Shown here in pieces: positions 37,307 through 50,995 of a DNA stretch of 64,000 bases. The notes under the pieces are model-generated. The model did no database searches. It saw only the letters and a program-made list of their open reading frames with translations, and was not told the origin of the DNA. The DNA is from Lama glama (lineage: Eukaryota): contig CM052816.1 in the NCBI GenBank assembly GCA_028534125.1, positions 31,994,001-32,058,000 on the forward strand, in the 5' to 3' direction. Numbering within the stretch: position 1 is the stretch's first letter; each line of letters opens with the position of its first letter. The position numbers and the translations under genes are program-made.

Positions 37307-40009
37307 ATGAATGTATACTTTTGAAACTACTATATGCACAGTGCAAGATATTTCACACTGTTCCTTGGTTGTTATCTCCCTGACCAGGAAGTTTTTCTTT
37401 ACAACGGTTAAAAAAGCTTATTTTCTATATTTCTATATTTGAAGGTTTCTGCAAAATAAAGCAATAATGAATTCGTTGGCTTATTTTCTTTCCTTTGGAT
37501 AATTTCTTATTTCTCCTATTCCTTTATAGACTCTTTCTTTACTTAAAATATAGAAACCCAGAATGATCACCCTAAAAAGATCTGACCAATGCCAGTGATT
37601 ACAAAGATTACTTTCATAGTGACAACACATATTGCTTCCTTAGTTCTATCCACAGTCACTCTGACCCTCAGGTTGTTTTCTGTCATACATGGGTAATTGG
37701 CTTAATCTCTCTCCTCTGTTGTTTTCCATATTTTTATACTTATCACTCTATATGCCAGTGCTTGAATCTGGTGCTCCTCTGGCCCCTGAAATGGAGGCTT
37801 TCTTTCTTGCCCACTATGCACCTCTTATTCATTTCTCCATTTTGGTTCCAGGACATATTTTTTCAGAGGCTGGGAGAAGGGCCTCTTTCTCTGAACTAAA
37901 CCTTGTCTTAAATTCTCAGATCCTATTGGGCTCTTCCATTTGAGATGAAGGAAGCTGAAGCCTCTCTGCTCCCATGTTCAACATAATAATTCTTCTTGGA
38001 TCATAGCTCTTTATGAACCAATGCCTCCAATTTATCCATTCACCAATCTCTCATTCAACAAATAGCTAATTATGGAAACAGTTATGAGCAAGTAGACCTT
38101 GCTATCAATCTTCTGAAAGAATACAAGGAACATGGAAGAGAAGGAAAAGCAAGAAACAGCATCTGAACCTTTAAAAAAAAAACAAAACCAGACCCTCTTA
38201 CTTGAATGAACATCTACGAAGTCAGACCTCTAAGTTACAGAAACGTCATGAGCAAGCATGCATGACTTGTGTATTTTTCACAGATTCCTTTTGTTTTCTT
38301 CAAGGGACTATGAAAGTTGCTTTCAGAGGGCAAGTCAGGCAGCGAATTTTCCTGTTTTAATTTCAAAGTTCAGCATGTTATGTTGTGTTCCCAATGGCTT
38401 CCTGTTTCTCCTTTTCCTCAGAGGTCAAGATTAACAGCAATTTTCCTTCTTCAAAACAATGCAAACATTTCACCCCTATGGATTTCAGGGAGGCTGGGCT
38501 CTTTGATATGTGTACACATCTGGGCTTTTATGAGATAGCTTGTTTCTTCTCAAGGCCTCCCTTTAAACTGGACAAAGAGGGGGAATTTTTTCACTGGTGT
38601 TCACTGGTCCAAAATTGTGTTTATGAGAAGCCCGTGCTTGGAGTCATGCCCTTGAGACTTTCAGTTCTGCAGCCTGGGAGAATCGCTCTCCTTGCAGTCC
38701 ACACTTGGCTTTGATGGCTGAGTAGCTCGAGGTTTCCTCCATCCCCGAGACCAGAGATGTCAATGTTGACTCCATGCTACTGGAACTCTGCCTCCATCAC
38801 CACATATTTTCCCTTCTAAAACCTCAGGGAAAGCCATGAGGAGTGAATGCAGACAGTAAAGACAAGGAAGAGGAATAAATATGTACCAAGAAAATGCAAG
38901 GTTTATCCTCTAAGATAGAAAGAAATTAAAGGGGAAGCATCACGGTGGCTTAAAAATGAAATGTTTACAAATTAGGGGCAAATTTGGAGATTTAAAAGAC
39001 TGTCCAGAGAGAAGACAGAAATCTGTAGGAAATCTCTACCCTTCCACCCTCCCCTAGTATATTCCTTTCCCCAATCACCTTACCTCTTCCTTCTCCCCCT
39101 CAACACACACCTCAACTTGCCAATAAATGCAGTGCAGTAATAAGTGGCAGAAAAGAATTTAATTTCCCAAGTGAAGCAAGGAAAGATCTGGTCCTTTGTG
39201 TCTAGTATTTATGATTCACAAGGTGTCAAACAACATTACATGCTGTAATGGGAGCAATCACGTTTCCTGACAGAAATCCCCCTGTCTGCATCTGTTTATT
39301 TAGAGATGACACTTGTTACACCCATCAATCCCAGGAATGAAAACCTTCTGGGTTGCAGCTGTCACCTACCATCTTTGGCTTTTAGCTAGTTCTTTAAGCC
39401 ACCCTCATCTATCTGAGGTCAATGAAATAAAGCGAGCCTCTTTTCAATTCTATCAGTAATCATTAAAGATTTATTGTGTGTTATTTTTGCTCTGGTTAAG
39501 TGGCAAGTTGAAAGAGAATGAGTATTATATTTTCTGGTGCCAAGTCACTCATAGGCTTGGTCTTTTGAAAATGAGCAGAAACAGGGTAACCCACTGAGTA
39601 CTGTGACCTTATGCTCATGCTCTCTACCAAAGCCCACTAACTGGTTAGAACATGAGAGTGGTGAAAGGGGAGCTGTGTCTTTCACCTGGGACTGAAGGCC
39701 ACCTGTGATAACTGCCAGATGCCTGCAGACCCAAGAAGGGTTGTTTCTAATAGGCACAGTCAGTAAGATTTCAGATGCCTTAGGAACTTCTCAGGAGGAC
39801 ACTATTTTCCTTGCTTGGACTTGGAGGAACTAGGTGGATCAGAACAACTCTGACTACTATCATATCATAGTAACTACAAGGCCATCATATGGTGATGTAA
39901 TTAATCTGAAAGAACCAAGTTATATCCATTCTGATCCATCCCCTTAACTAGGCCCCTAGAAAAAAATGAAAAGATTTATAACAGCGGAAACAAAACTAAC
40001 ACACACATC

Positions 40010-40275
40010 AGGTAGTATACTATGGAGAAGAAAGCCGAGGCTCTGGAGCCAGATTCTCTGGATTTGAATGCTGATTGTGCTTACTGACTAGCTGTAAGAC
40101 CATGGACAATTCTCTTAGTCCATGCTATGCCTTGGTTATCTCATCTGTAAAACTGGGGTGGTAATAGTGGTGTCAGTCTCAGGGAGCTGTGAGGGTTAAG
40201 TGAATTAATACTTTGAAGTGTTTTGAACAGCGTCGAGGCCATAGTAGGGGCTTGATAAATGTTAGATATTATTAT
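40010..40275 (+). mobile_element. MIR SINE
   Basis: GGCTCTGGAGCCAGA...GGATTTGAAT...CTAGCTGTAAGACC...CTCATCTGTAAAACTGGGG...ATAAATGTTAGATATTATT. Confidence 0.85.
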
Positions 40276-41024
40276 GTTAACTACCTTAAGTAATAGGTTA
40301 ATTCACAACCAACTAATGTAGTATTATGCATGTTGAGAACTCAGAGCACAAATTTATTGATGAAGGCTGGAGAAGTCCCAGTAGGCTTCATGGAGGTGGT
40401 GACACTTGAGCCCAGTTTTGCATACAGGTGGGACTTTCAAGGTGAGAGAAGAACACATACAATGTCTTAGACATATGAATGAGTTAAGCATTACACATTA
40501 GGAGGAAGCTGAGGAATACACTCTCCAAGAGTCAAAACTGCAAGATCCTCAGGCAAAACCTAAAGAGAATAAACACTCAGTGTTTAAAATTCCACTCAAA
40601 CTAACTGAGCGATAGTGAAGCAATAAGACAGAATGAGTACATTGCATAAGATAACAGGAAACAATTTTAAAGATAGAGTTAATTTATACTAGTACAAGAA
40701 AATAAGCACCTTATTGAACAGGAATTTAGTGGAGTTACTGTAACATGAGGAGGACGGTACATACATCAGACTTTAGCTTTCAAACAACAGAATTCACTCC
40801 ATCTATTTTAAGTAGAAAAGAAATATTTGAGGGAATATTAACCACTTCCTAGGATAGGGAAGGAAAAGTAGAGTAAAGTTTAGAGTTACACAGCCCCCCA
40901 AAATGCCCAACCATGTTGGGGCTTCCCTAGTTAAAATTCCCTGCCCCCACTGCTCAGCACCTGTCACATTTGGGACTGGATCACAGAAGGCCTATCACCG
41001 CCATCTCTGAAGTAACAGGTAAGT

Positions 41025-41230
41025 CAGGGGCTGGAAAACTTGTAGGCTAGCCACCTATTTTTGTAAATAGTTTTATGGGAATGTAGTCATGCCACTAGCC
41101 TACACAGTGTCTGTAGTTGTTTTTGTGCTATAACTGCAGAATTGAATCATGGAGGCAGAGTTCATGTGGCCCACTAAGCTGAAATATTTACTGCTTGCCC
41201 TTTTACAGCATAAGTTTGCCAACCTCTGGC
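41025..41230. mobile_element. MER58A-like element inside an MLT1-like remnant (~40755 onward)
   Basis: GCCACCTATTTTTGTAAATAG...AAGCTGAAATATTTACT...TAAGTTTGCCAACCTCTG. Confidence 0.7.
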
Positions 41231-41399
41231 CTAGAAACTTATTTAGCCCTGAGAAGGAAAAGGATCCCAGCCCTAGAATCAACAATTAAACGATGGCATC
41301 CCCTACCAATCAGCACATTCTCCTCTCTCAGCAGACACAGGTGCCAAAGACAGAAATAGCTTCCAGAGAAAAGAAAACAAGGGTCTCAGAAGGAAGGAT

Positions 41400-42242
41400 G
41401 AGGATGCTTCTAATAATCACAAAGCACTGGAAGAAAACTAAGTACGAAAAATAAAGATACATAGAAGATAAAATAACCCATAAAGAAAAAAAATCAAACC
41501 AAACAGAAGAATACCTTAAAGTTAGTATAATGAACATCCCTAGAAGCTTGAGAAGGTATTGCATTCAGAAAATAAGAAGGGTTCACTACTCAATAAAAGC
41601 ATGAAAAAATTAAAAAATGTGATCATAAAAAACAAGAGATGAATGTACACAGATAAAAGAGAGTGAGTAAAAATATTCCCAGAAAACACTTCAAAATGGC
41701 AAAGAATTGGGAAGTATGAGAGAAAATTTAAGTGGTATGAAGGACAGATTAAAAGTTCCCATTTCCAGATACATGCACCACAATATTCACAGCAGCACTA
41801 TTTACAACAGCTAAGACACAGAACAACCTAAGTGTCCAACAACAGATGAATGGATAAAGAACATGTGGTATATATGTGCAGTGGAATATTACTCAGCCAT
41901 AAAAAAGAATGGAATAATGCCATTTGAGCAACATGGATGGACCTAGAGATCATTATAGTAAGTGAAGTAAGACAAAGACAAATATCATATGATATTCCAC
42001 TTACATGTGGAATCTTAAAAAATGACACAAATGAACTTATTTATAAAACAGAAACAGATTCACGTAGAAAACAAACTTATGGTTACCAAAGGGGAAAGGC
42101 GGGTAGGGATACATTAGGAGTTTGGGATTTGCAGATACTAACTTCTATATGTAAAATAAACAACAAGAACCTACTGTATAGCACAGGGAACTAAATTCAA
42201 TAGCTTGTAATAACCTATAATGAAAAAGAATCTTAAAAAAGA

Positions 42243-42274
<32 letters not shown>

Positions 42275-44365
42275 CTGAATATATATATATATAACTGAAT
42301 ATATATACATATATATATATAAAACTGAATCATTATGCTGTACACCAGAAACTAACCCAACATTGTAAATCCATTATACTTCAATAAAAAAAGTTTCCAT
42401 TTCCATCCCAAAATAGAAAATAAAGAACAAGATGAAGATGGGGGCCAGGGATAACCTAAGGGGAAAAAAAGGATCTTTACATTAAATAGTGAGCAGTTTG
42501 AATGCTGAGCAGGATAAATAGGAAAAGTCTCTTGTTTCTATACATTTTGATGAAATGTAAGACACCAACCATGGAAAATCTTAAAACTCACAGAGGAGAA
42601 TCGTACCATTTACTTAGGATTAGAGCTAGAGTTACCTCAAAGAAATAAGAATCAAGTTGGCATCAGATGTTTCACTGACACATTGGATCCCAGAATAATG
42701 AAGCAGAAATGAGAAAAAAGACATAATTATAATTATGGATAAAATTTTTAAGTTATAAGAGAATACTATATGAAAAATCATTATGAAATGAAAATTTTAT
42801 GGGAAAGTGGTACCCAAACTGTCTAAAGAATAGAAAAAAATGTACAAACCTGTGGAAAAACTGAAAAGATACCCAAATATCTAAGTCATAAAAAGAAGCA
42901 GTGTTCTACTCTTCCATAGATTAGAGCTGCTACATTTTTCAAGAGCACATAATTTTATAAACTTTCATGAAGATAGAAAAAAAGGGAGGTTTCCTAACTC
43001 AGGCTGAGGTTAGCATCACTCTTATACCCAAAACACAAAAGACTGACATGGAGAAGGGAAAGTGTCAGCAAACTTCACCTTTAAACAAAGATGCAAAAAT
43101 CCTAAATAACAGGTTAGTAAATCAATTCCAAGGATACATAAAATGAATACAATAACTCATACTATTTTATTGCTCCATTTCCCCTCCTCCATTAACTTGG
43201 AAGTTATAGTTTTCTCCATTTGTTAGTTACGTGGTGCTTTTGAGACTATAACATTTTTCTCTAGCTTTTTAGTTATTCTCAGTAGAAAGGTTGGTCTAAA
43301 TTACAAAGTCTACCATTCCTAGAAACAGAGCCTCTAGAACCCTGTCTTTGAAAAAAAAATCATTCATTGTCCTGAAATATCATACATAAACAAGAATTCT
43401 AAATGGAATCTATACTAGGGGAAATATGAAGAATTTTCTGTATCATTTTCCTGGCCAAAGGTAGTGGTTAGAATAAAAGGAGGAGGATTTTTTTCCAAGC
43501 AAGACATAAAGCCCAGATGCTATAAAGAAAAAAGATTAATAAACTTGATCACATAAACATTTAAACCTATTAAAATTTACATTAAACTCACTACAAATTT
43601 ACAATTACAAATTTAAATTCATTTGACAAAGGACCTTATAAATAATGCTAAGAAACAGGAGACAACTTGAGAGAAGATATTTAAAGCCCATACAACAAAG
43701 AATAATGTCTATAACATGAAAGGAGGATTTACAAATCAATAAGAAAATGACAAGGAAATGGCTCCCCTCTCAAATGAGCCAAATTTATCAACAAACAATT
43801 CACAGAACGAAAAGTGAAAATGATGAATAAATCCATGAGGTGAAGCCAACCTACAAATAAACTAGTACTAGCAAATGCTGTTAACCATAGCAAAATAGGC
43901 ATTTACCTTTAGCCAGCATTTTATCTCTGATTATCTACCCTCAGATTCACATATGTTTATTAAGATGCTTATTTGTGAAATCCTCAATGTCCCTCAGTGA
44001 CTAAATATAGGTTAAACATCTGAACTATGAATGACTATGTAACTGTTATAAGTATTAGGGTAGAGTTACATATGCTTTAGGAAAATACCACTATGAAAGG
44101 ATATTAGGTAAAAAAAAGTGAGTTTGAGAACTTTTCCTTTCCATTTATGTAAAAAAAAGCTCATGTGTATTTGTGCATACATATTTATAAATGTTAAAAC
44201 AAAACTAGAAGGATGAACATCAAATTGTTAGCAATGTTTGCGTGTGGGAGGCATTTGAGAGTTCCATGTGGGTGAGTGGGGATTTTCACATGTTTTCCTA
44301 CATAACAATATATTTCTTGACTATTTTATAATGAGCTGTATTCATTCATTACTTATGTATTAAAA
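41400..44365 (+). mobile_element. Highly degenerate old L1 (L1M/L1ME-type) fragments
   Basis: A-rich sense-L1 motifs, e.g. AACAAAGATGCAAAAATCCTAAAT, AAAAGATTAATAAACTTGATCACATAAA, TTACAAATCAATAAGAAA. Confidence 0.6.
41768..42388 (+). mobile_element. Young lineage-specific L1 3' end with an internal (TA)n array (42243-42320)
   Basis: ORF2 C-terminus and 3'-UTR motifs (ACATGGATGGACCTAGAGATCATTATAGTAAGTGAAG); 17-bp TSD AAAAGTTCCCATTTCCA (41751-41767) and AAAAGTTTCCATTTCCA (42389-42405). Confidence 0.9.
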
Positions 44366-46254
44366 GAAAGACGTATGGTACATAGGCTGTGAGATACAAT
44401 TAGAGGAGCCTGAGTTTTGGAATCAAGCAAACTTGGCTTCTGTGATCCTGGCTTTTTCTCGCTGGCTCTGTGAATTTAGGCAAGTCACTCAGGCTCTCTG
44501 AACCTTCACTTGAATTTATACACCTTTAAAATGAGGGTAACTGAGTAAAAACATGTAGGTCAATGTCAACCAGTGCTTTGTGTGTGGTAGGTTCACAAAC
44601 TTGCTGTGTTCCTTCTGTCCGGGAAGAGTGAAAAATAAGCAGAGACCTTGTCTTCACAACTTTGAAAGTGAGGAAGAATGACTTAGCCTTCATTTGGTAA
44701 GCAAAAGAGCCACTGTAAAATCTGGGGAGTGACTTGATCCAAAAGATGTCTTAGGAAGATTAGTTTGACGATTCTAGAGAGAAAAACAAGAGCATTGGCA
44801 GAGCTTTCTCTCCTTTTCTGTATAAATGGTGACACTGTAGAACTGGAAACCTTTAGGATGCATCTTTTGTCTCTCATTTTCAGACATGACCTAGCTGAGG
44901 ATCTGGGCAAAAGGAAGGTCCCCAGGGAAGCCCTTAGCTCCGTAGTGTTATTTGATCCTCTCAGAATCAGCATCGTGGCTGAGCTCCAGTGGAGTCAGTT
45001 TCTCTTATTGCTTTTCACTAGGACTGTCTGTTTTTCTTTCAGCTTTCGAAGTGGCTGCTGCAGACACCAAAGCACAACCAATTATTCCCTAGCAAGCCAA
45101 AGGAGACTTTGAAGGTAGACCTGGTTTAGACATAGCAGAAAATTCTGTTGTAACAAATACTCCAAAAAAGATTTCTCAAAGTTAGGAGAGACTCTCTGTG
45201 CTTCCAGGGAGCTGATATTCTGGCAAGATATTCTCACATGGCAAGTCCAGATCAGCCTAGCTGAGGCCCAGGGCTCCTACCTGGTCATTCAGGGTAACCC
45301 TCATGTCCCAACATATGCCATCTAGAGGATAACACTTGTCTGTGGTCCACTTAATGAAAATAGCAACCATAATGAATAAATCTGCTTGCTAACTTGGAGT
45401 CTGCAAATCCTACAAATATCTACCAATAAGAAAAAGGCCATGCTTCTTAACAAGTTTCTGTCTAGGGCTCTCTCACTCTATATTTTTGTCTTCATCTCCT
45501 CTCCAGAAAGAAACCATCCTGGATGAATTTCTAGATTTTGGTGGTATGAGCTGAGCTCAGCCTTGTGAAGGCAGGGGATAGATATTAAACTTTTTGATGT
45601 TCAGCATGCTATCAAGTCATGACACTGACCATATTAGCTCCCAAAGATGTGGAAATAAAAATATCTTCAGGTGATGCTGACAATGGATTGGCTGAAGTGG
45701 ATAAAATGTTACGACAGCAACTGCTGTATGCCTCTGTGTACACTCTGTAAGTCATTCAACAATCTTCTCTGAGAACCACACCTATGCAGGTGCCTTGGTA
45801 TATGTTCTATGCTGCAGCATGAACACTGAATTTACACAAAGATCACACTGAGATGGCCTTAGGTGCTGTGCTGCCTAGAAGGTAAAGAAGTCAAAGTAAG
45901 CATCCAGAGGCTTTGGAAGTAGGAATGACAGAGTAGACAATACAAATTGCATAACCGAAGGCTGAGGTCCATGACATTGCTTTAATATTGTTCTTTTCTC
46001 TTCCCTAGGATTCAGCCTAACCGTCACATCCTCATTTCCCAGCTCTCACTAGATTCTCCTGAAAGACGTGTAAATTGTGTGAAGCTGTTTTCAAGGCCAC
46101 ATGGTCTAGGAGAAAGTATATGAGACTACTTTTCTAGTTAAGAGTCCTGTTTTACAGTTTTCCTCTTCAGTTGGCCTGTATGGCATTATATCCATTTTCT
46201 GACTTCTCCGCACCTCAGCAGCTCTTCCCATAAAGCTGATTTTAAAAAAAAATT

Positions 46255-49150
46255 GTACAGAAGTGTATGTTTCTGACCAAGATGGTAAAACAAGGCATGG
46301 ATTTATCCTCCTGCTTTAAACAATTAAAAAAATTAACAAAATGTGTGAAAAAAAATGGCTCTTAAGACATTGAACACAAAGTATCAAAGGACAAATCCCT
46401 GAGAAACACAAACAAATGAAATGAGCTCTACAATTGCCCCAATTACTGCCTGGAGAGAGTCTCTGGGCTAAAGTCAGGGAGGGCAAACCCAGGCAGAGAT
46501 TCGAGGTCTGAGTTGAGATGGTCGAGCTGAATGTTTAAGGAAGCCAATGAAGCTGGAGTTCACAAGGTAGGGTACCAAAGAAGAGAGATCTAATCAGAGA
46601 GAGAAACTGGAAGAGCTTGAGAGTGACCTCCTTGAGTATTCAGTTAAGTACTGATCAAAACACATATGCAGGAAAACTGTCTGCGCCCAGGGGAAGAACC
46701 ACTAAAAGGATTAGAGGGAACAATGTCTTGAGCTCACACAAGGCTGGAAATAGTGTTGATCCCCATTAATCAGAATGGAAAACTTCATAATTCATGGGGC
46801 ACTGAATATATAATGAAAAAGAGTCTTATCTGAGTTGTGAGGCATAATTAGCCCTTGACTAAATGCTACTGTCCAACTATAAAAGCTTAAAAGCAAGACC
46901 TAAACAATCAAATTGCTTCTAGTAATGCAATTGTGTCCCAGAACAAAGCTCATGAATATTTTTAGGAAACTAAGGCAAAATTAACAATGTCTGGCATCCA
47001 ATCTAATGTTATCAGGCATCTAGAGAGGCAGGAAAATACAACCCCTATGAAGGAAAAAATTAGTCCATTGAAACTAACTCAGAAATGACAGAGGTGATAG
47101 AATTAGCAGTCAAGGACATTAATAGAGTTACTATAACACCATTCCACATGATCACCAAGCTAGAGGAAAGACTGATTATGCTAAGAAAGACATAGTGTAC
47201 ATAAAAATAAAAATTCTAAAGTCAAAAACTATTATGTCTGAGGTGAAGAATATACTGGATGGAACTGATTACACTTAACATTGCAGAAGAAAAGACTAAC
47301 GAACTTAAAGATAGAAAAATAAACTATCTGAAATGAAATGGAGATAAAAAGGACTTACCATAAAAGTGGGCAGAACATCAGAGAACTGAGGGACAACCTG
47401 AACTAGCCAAAGGTAAGTATAATGGGAATCTGAAGGAGAAATGGGGAAGGAGACAGGAAAAAAAACTTGAGTTAATAATGGCTGAGAGTTTCTAAATTTG
47501 AGGAAAATTATAACCCACAGATCTGAGAAGCTCAATAAACTCAAGCACAAGAAAGACAAAGAAAACTATATCATGGCAAATCACTATCAAGTTTCTTAAA
47601 ACCAGGGATAAAAGAAATGCAGTCAGACAAAAAAGGTACATTGCATATATATATGAACAATGGCAAAGATGATAGCAGATTTCTTGTTTGAAATCTTATT
47701 ATCTTATTTGATTTCTTGTTTTTAAGTTAAAAGACAATGAAGCCACAGCTTTAAATCACTGAGAGAAAAGCAATCAATCCAAAATTCTTTATTCCACTAA
47801 AATATCTTGCCAAGGCAAAGGCAAAATAAAGGCTTTTTATATATGCAAAAGCTGAAATAATTCAACACCAACAGATCTTCCCTGTAAGAATTGGACAAAT
47901 AAGTCTTTCACACAGAAATAAAATTATAAAATACTTAGATAAAAGCACAGATATACACAAAATAATAAAATGCATCAGAAATGTTTACAGGAGATGAAGG
48001 GGAAAAAGGTCAACTACACCATGAAGAAGCAATTAGCAATATCCAGAACATTGGGACATTTTTCAAATACCCTCACTTTAATTTCTTTAAGAAACAAAAC
48101 AAACAAATCAAACAATAATGGCTAGAATGTGAACTGATTATGAAAAGACTTGACGATAATCTCTATACACCTACTGCAATGACTAAAAATTTAAAACACT
48201 GAAAATGCAAAATGTTGGCTGGGATGTGATTCAATCAAAACTCTCACACACCACTGACAAGAGCGTAAAAGGTACGACCACTTAGAAAAACTCTTTAGTA
48301 GTTTTATACAATGTATGTTTACATGCATTTTACCATATTATGAACAAGCAATTTCAATCCCAGGTATTTACACTAGAAAAATGAAACTTGCATTCATAAT
48401 AGGACTTAAAAGAGAATGTTCATAGCACCTTTATTCATAGTAGCCTCAAACTAGAAACCTAATCAACAGGTAAATGGATAAGCAAATCTTGGTATACTCA
48501 TTCAATGGAATAATATTTAGTAATAAGAAGCAATATATTACTAATACATAACTAATGAAAGGAAAAAAAAAAGAGTGAATCCCCAAAACATTAAGCTGAG
48601 CAAAAAAACTAGACACAAAAGGGGTATATACTTTTTAGTAACACCCATATGAAGTTCTAGAACCATCAAAACCAATCTATGAATAGTGATTATACATAAA
48701 TGATACCTCAACTTAAAAGAATGGAGACAAAGAGTATAATACACCAAATATGTGGACCCTATTTAGACCCTAATACAAAAGAAAACCTGACTGTAAAACA
48801 ATTTTTTTAGACAGAAATATGAAAACGGACAGACAGATGATATCAAAAAATTATTGCTAATTTTGTCTAGGTGACAAAATTGACCTGGTTATGTAAGAAA
48901 ACATCTATTTTCATTCCTATCTGGAAAATATTTGGGCAAGATAACATGATACCAGGGATTTGCTTTAAAATGTAAGCAATTTAAAAAAGCAAAGAAGGGA
49001 AAAAGAAAGGCTAGATGAAGCAAGCACAACAAAATGTTATCTGTTGAACTAGGTAATGGATAAATATGGATCCATTAGAGTAAACTCATATATATATATA
49101 TATGTATCATATGTGTGTGTAAAAATTATTCTAATAAAAAATGTAAAATG
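46255..49150 (+). mobile_element. Degenerate L1M (L1MC/ME-type) 5'-UTR/ORF1 and 3' fragments
   Basis: ATAACCCACAGATCTGAGAAGCTCAATAAACTCAAGC (ORF1-like), GAATGTTCATAGCACCTTTATTCATAGTAGCC, AACAGGTAAATGGATAAGC; no intact ORF. Confidence 0.75.
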
Positions 49151-50960
49151 TATACCCCACAAAGACTTCCCAAGAGATGTGAAAAATGTGTTTTAAAAGA
49201 CGATTTGTATCTAATAGAAACTAAACTTTCCTTCTCTGGAGATTTTTCAGGAATTGACACAAGTTCCAGCTAGTGCCTCCTTGGACAAAGATCTTCTTTG
49301 GCCCTGGTGTTGCCGGTGGTGTGGGTTCCATGTCAACCTCTAGGCTCCCCTTCAGGCGCTCAGGAGAAGAATCCCTCCTGGCTGTGTTTTATTTAATGAC
49401 ACCTAAATTCCATATACCCTACATTTCAGGTAGTGATTATAACTCAGGCTGATGTGAACTGACCTCAAGGGTTATTTCACGTTAGTTGTCTCCATACCTT
49501 TTTATCACACACCCTTATGAGCTAAAAAAAAAAATGGGTGAGCATTCCCAAAATAGGTATACTTTTTTATTTACACATTTCATGCACACACATACACACA
49601 CCAATATTCTGATATATTTTGTACATGATAAAATTGAAATAAAAATATAGGATAAAGGTGAAATGAATACTATTCTAAAATTTCTTACTAATCTCAGTAG
49701 CTTCATGATATCATTCGTCTCAAAACGATATCACAAATCCATCAAAAGACAATCAGGTAGGGCAAGATTTTCATTAACAACAGTAAGGATGATTTACCTT
49801 AGAGTAAGGCAGTTACCCCAGAACTTGCATTTGAGGAAAGCAGTGGCTCTGCAGATCCCCCACTGGTCAAAAGGGGAGGGGGCTTCCCTCTGGCACTAAA
49901 TGTGATCTGAATCTTTCATCTGTACAGAGTCCTTCCATGTGCTTTACACGGCAGGACCTGCTCCTCCTGCCTCACCCCACTGCTCAGGCTACCCATTTAT
50001 GCCTTACTTTCTTTCCCAATTTCCCAGTCTACAATGGTACAGATAGGCAGTGGTTGATCCAGTTCTCCCAAGGCTTCCTCTGTTCCTCTGAACCTTTTTT
50101 CTTTGCCTAGCATCCTAGCTGATCTGTCTCCCCTCTTGAATCTTGCTGCCCTGAACTGTCAGATAAAACTTGCCAAGATCCCATGTTACCCACATAAAAA
50201 GTCCCATGCGTCTCTATCTGGCAGACCATCCTCAAATCCAACTTTATTTCCCATTGCTTATTTCTACTGTCATTAATTCTCCTGATCCCTTTCCTGTCCC
50301 CAGGTATTCAAGTCACATCTCTGCATCTTAGTTTTGTTTATGCTTTTTCCTCTGTCTGAAATGCCCTGTCCTCTCTCTCTACCTTCCTTAATGATCCTTA
50401 GCTTTAAGTCCCAGTTTAGGTATCATCTCTCCACAAGGCATTTTTGGACCATTCTGGCCCCTTTAGAATTCTGTCTTCTCCTAAAAATAAAGATAAAAAC
50501 AAAACCCAAAAGTACAGTATGGTAGTTATTGATATTCTTTCTCATGTTGTTATTAGACAACAATTTACATGCCTTTTATTTATTTATTTTTTGGTCTAGT
50601 CTAGACATAATGTAGATGCTGAATAAAGTAAGAGAATGAATGAATTACTCCATCATCTATTGTCCTCTCTGCAATGCTATCTTATCCCGATACCTTTTTC
50701 TAAAAGGACATATGGCAGCGAAATTGTGGGGATTAGAAAAATCTGCAAGGGTCATTGTATTGCCTGAACTATGAAAACTACAGTCCTGTTTTCCATGACA
50801 ATTGATTTGTCACCTCTCCCTGACCTCACTTCTTCTGCCAAGCTGTCTTGCATTGTGTGAACTCTCTAGTAACACAGTTGATTTTGTCTCTCTTCTTGTC
50901 CCCCGGTCTCCTTTCTGGCCCAAGCTTGGGCAAGCAGGGCACCTCGGAGGCAGCACTTAC

Positions 50961-50995
50961 CCACCCCTTCAGGATGAATCCACAACCTGCAACCC
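50961..50995 (-). other. Weak candidate 35-nt minus-strand exon
   Basis: Acceptor CCTGTGTCCTTCTTCAG|G and donor TGG|GTAAGT. Confidence 0.15.

Noticed and set aside
41937..42194. 85-aa ORF MDLEIIIVSEVRQ...
   Set aside because: It is the L1 ORF2 C-terminus and 3' UTR of a truncated insertion, not a host gene.
44765..45112. 115-aa ORF with an internal acceptor-like site at ~44883
   Set aside because: No good downstream donor and no recognisable protein similarity.
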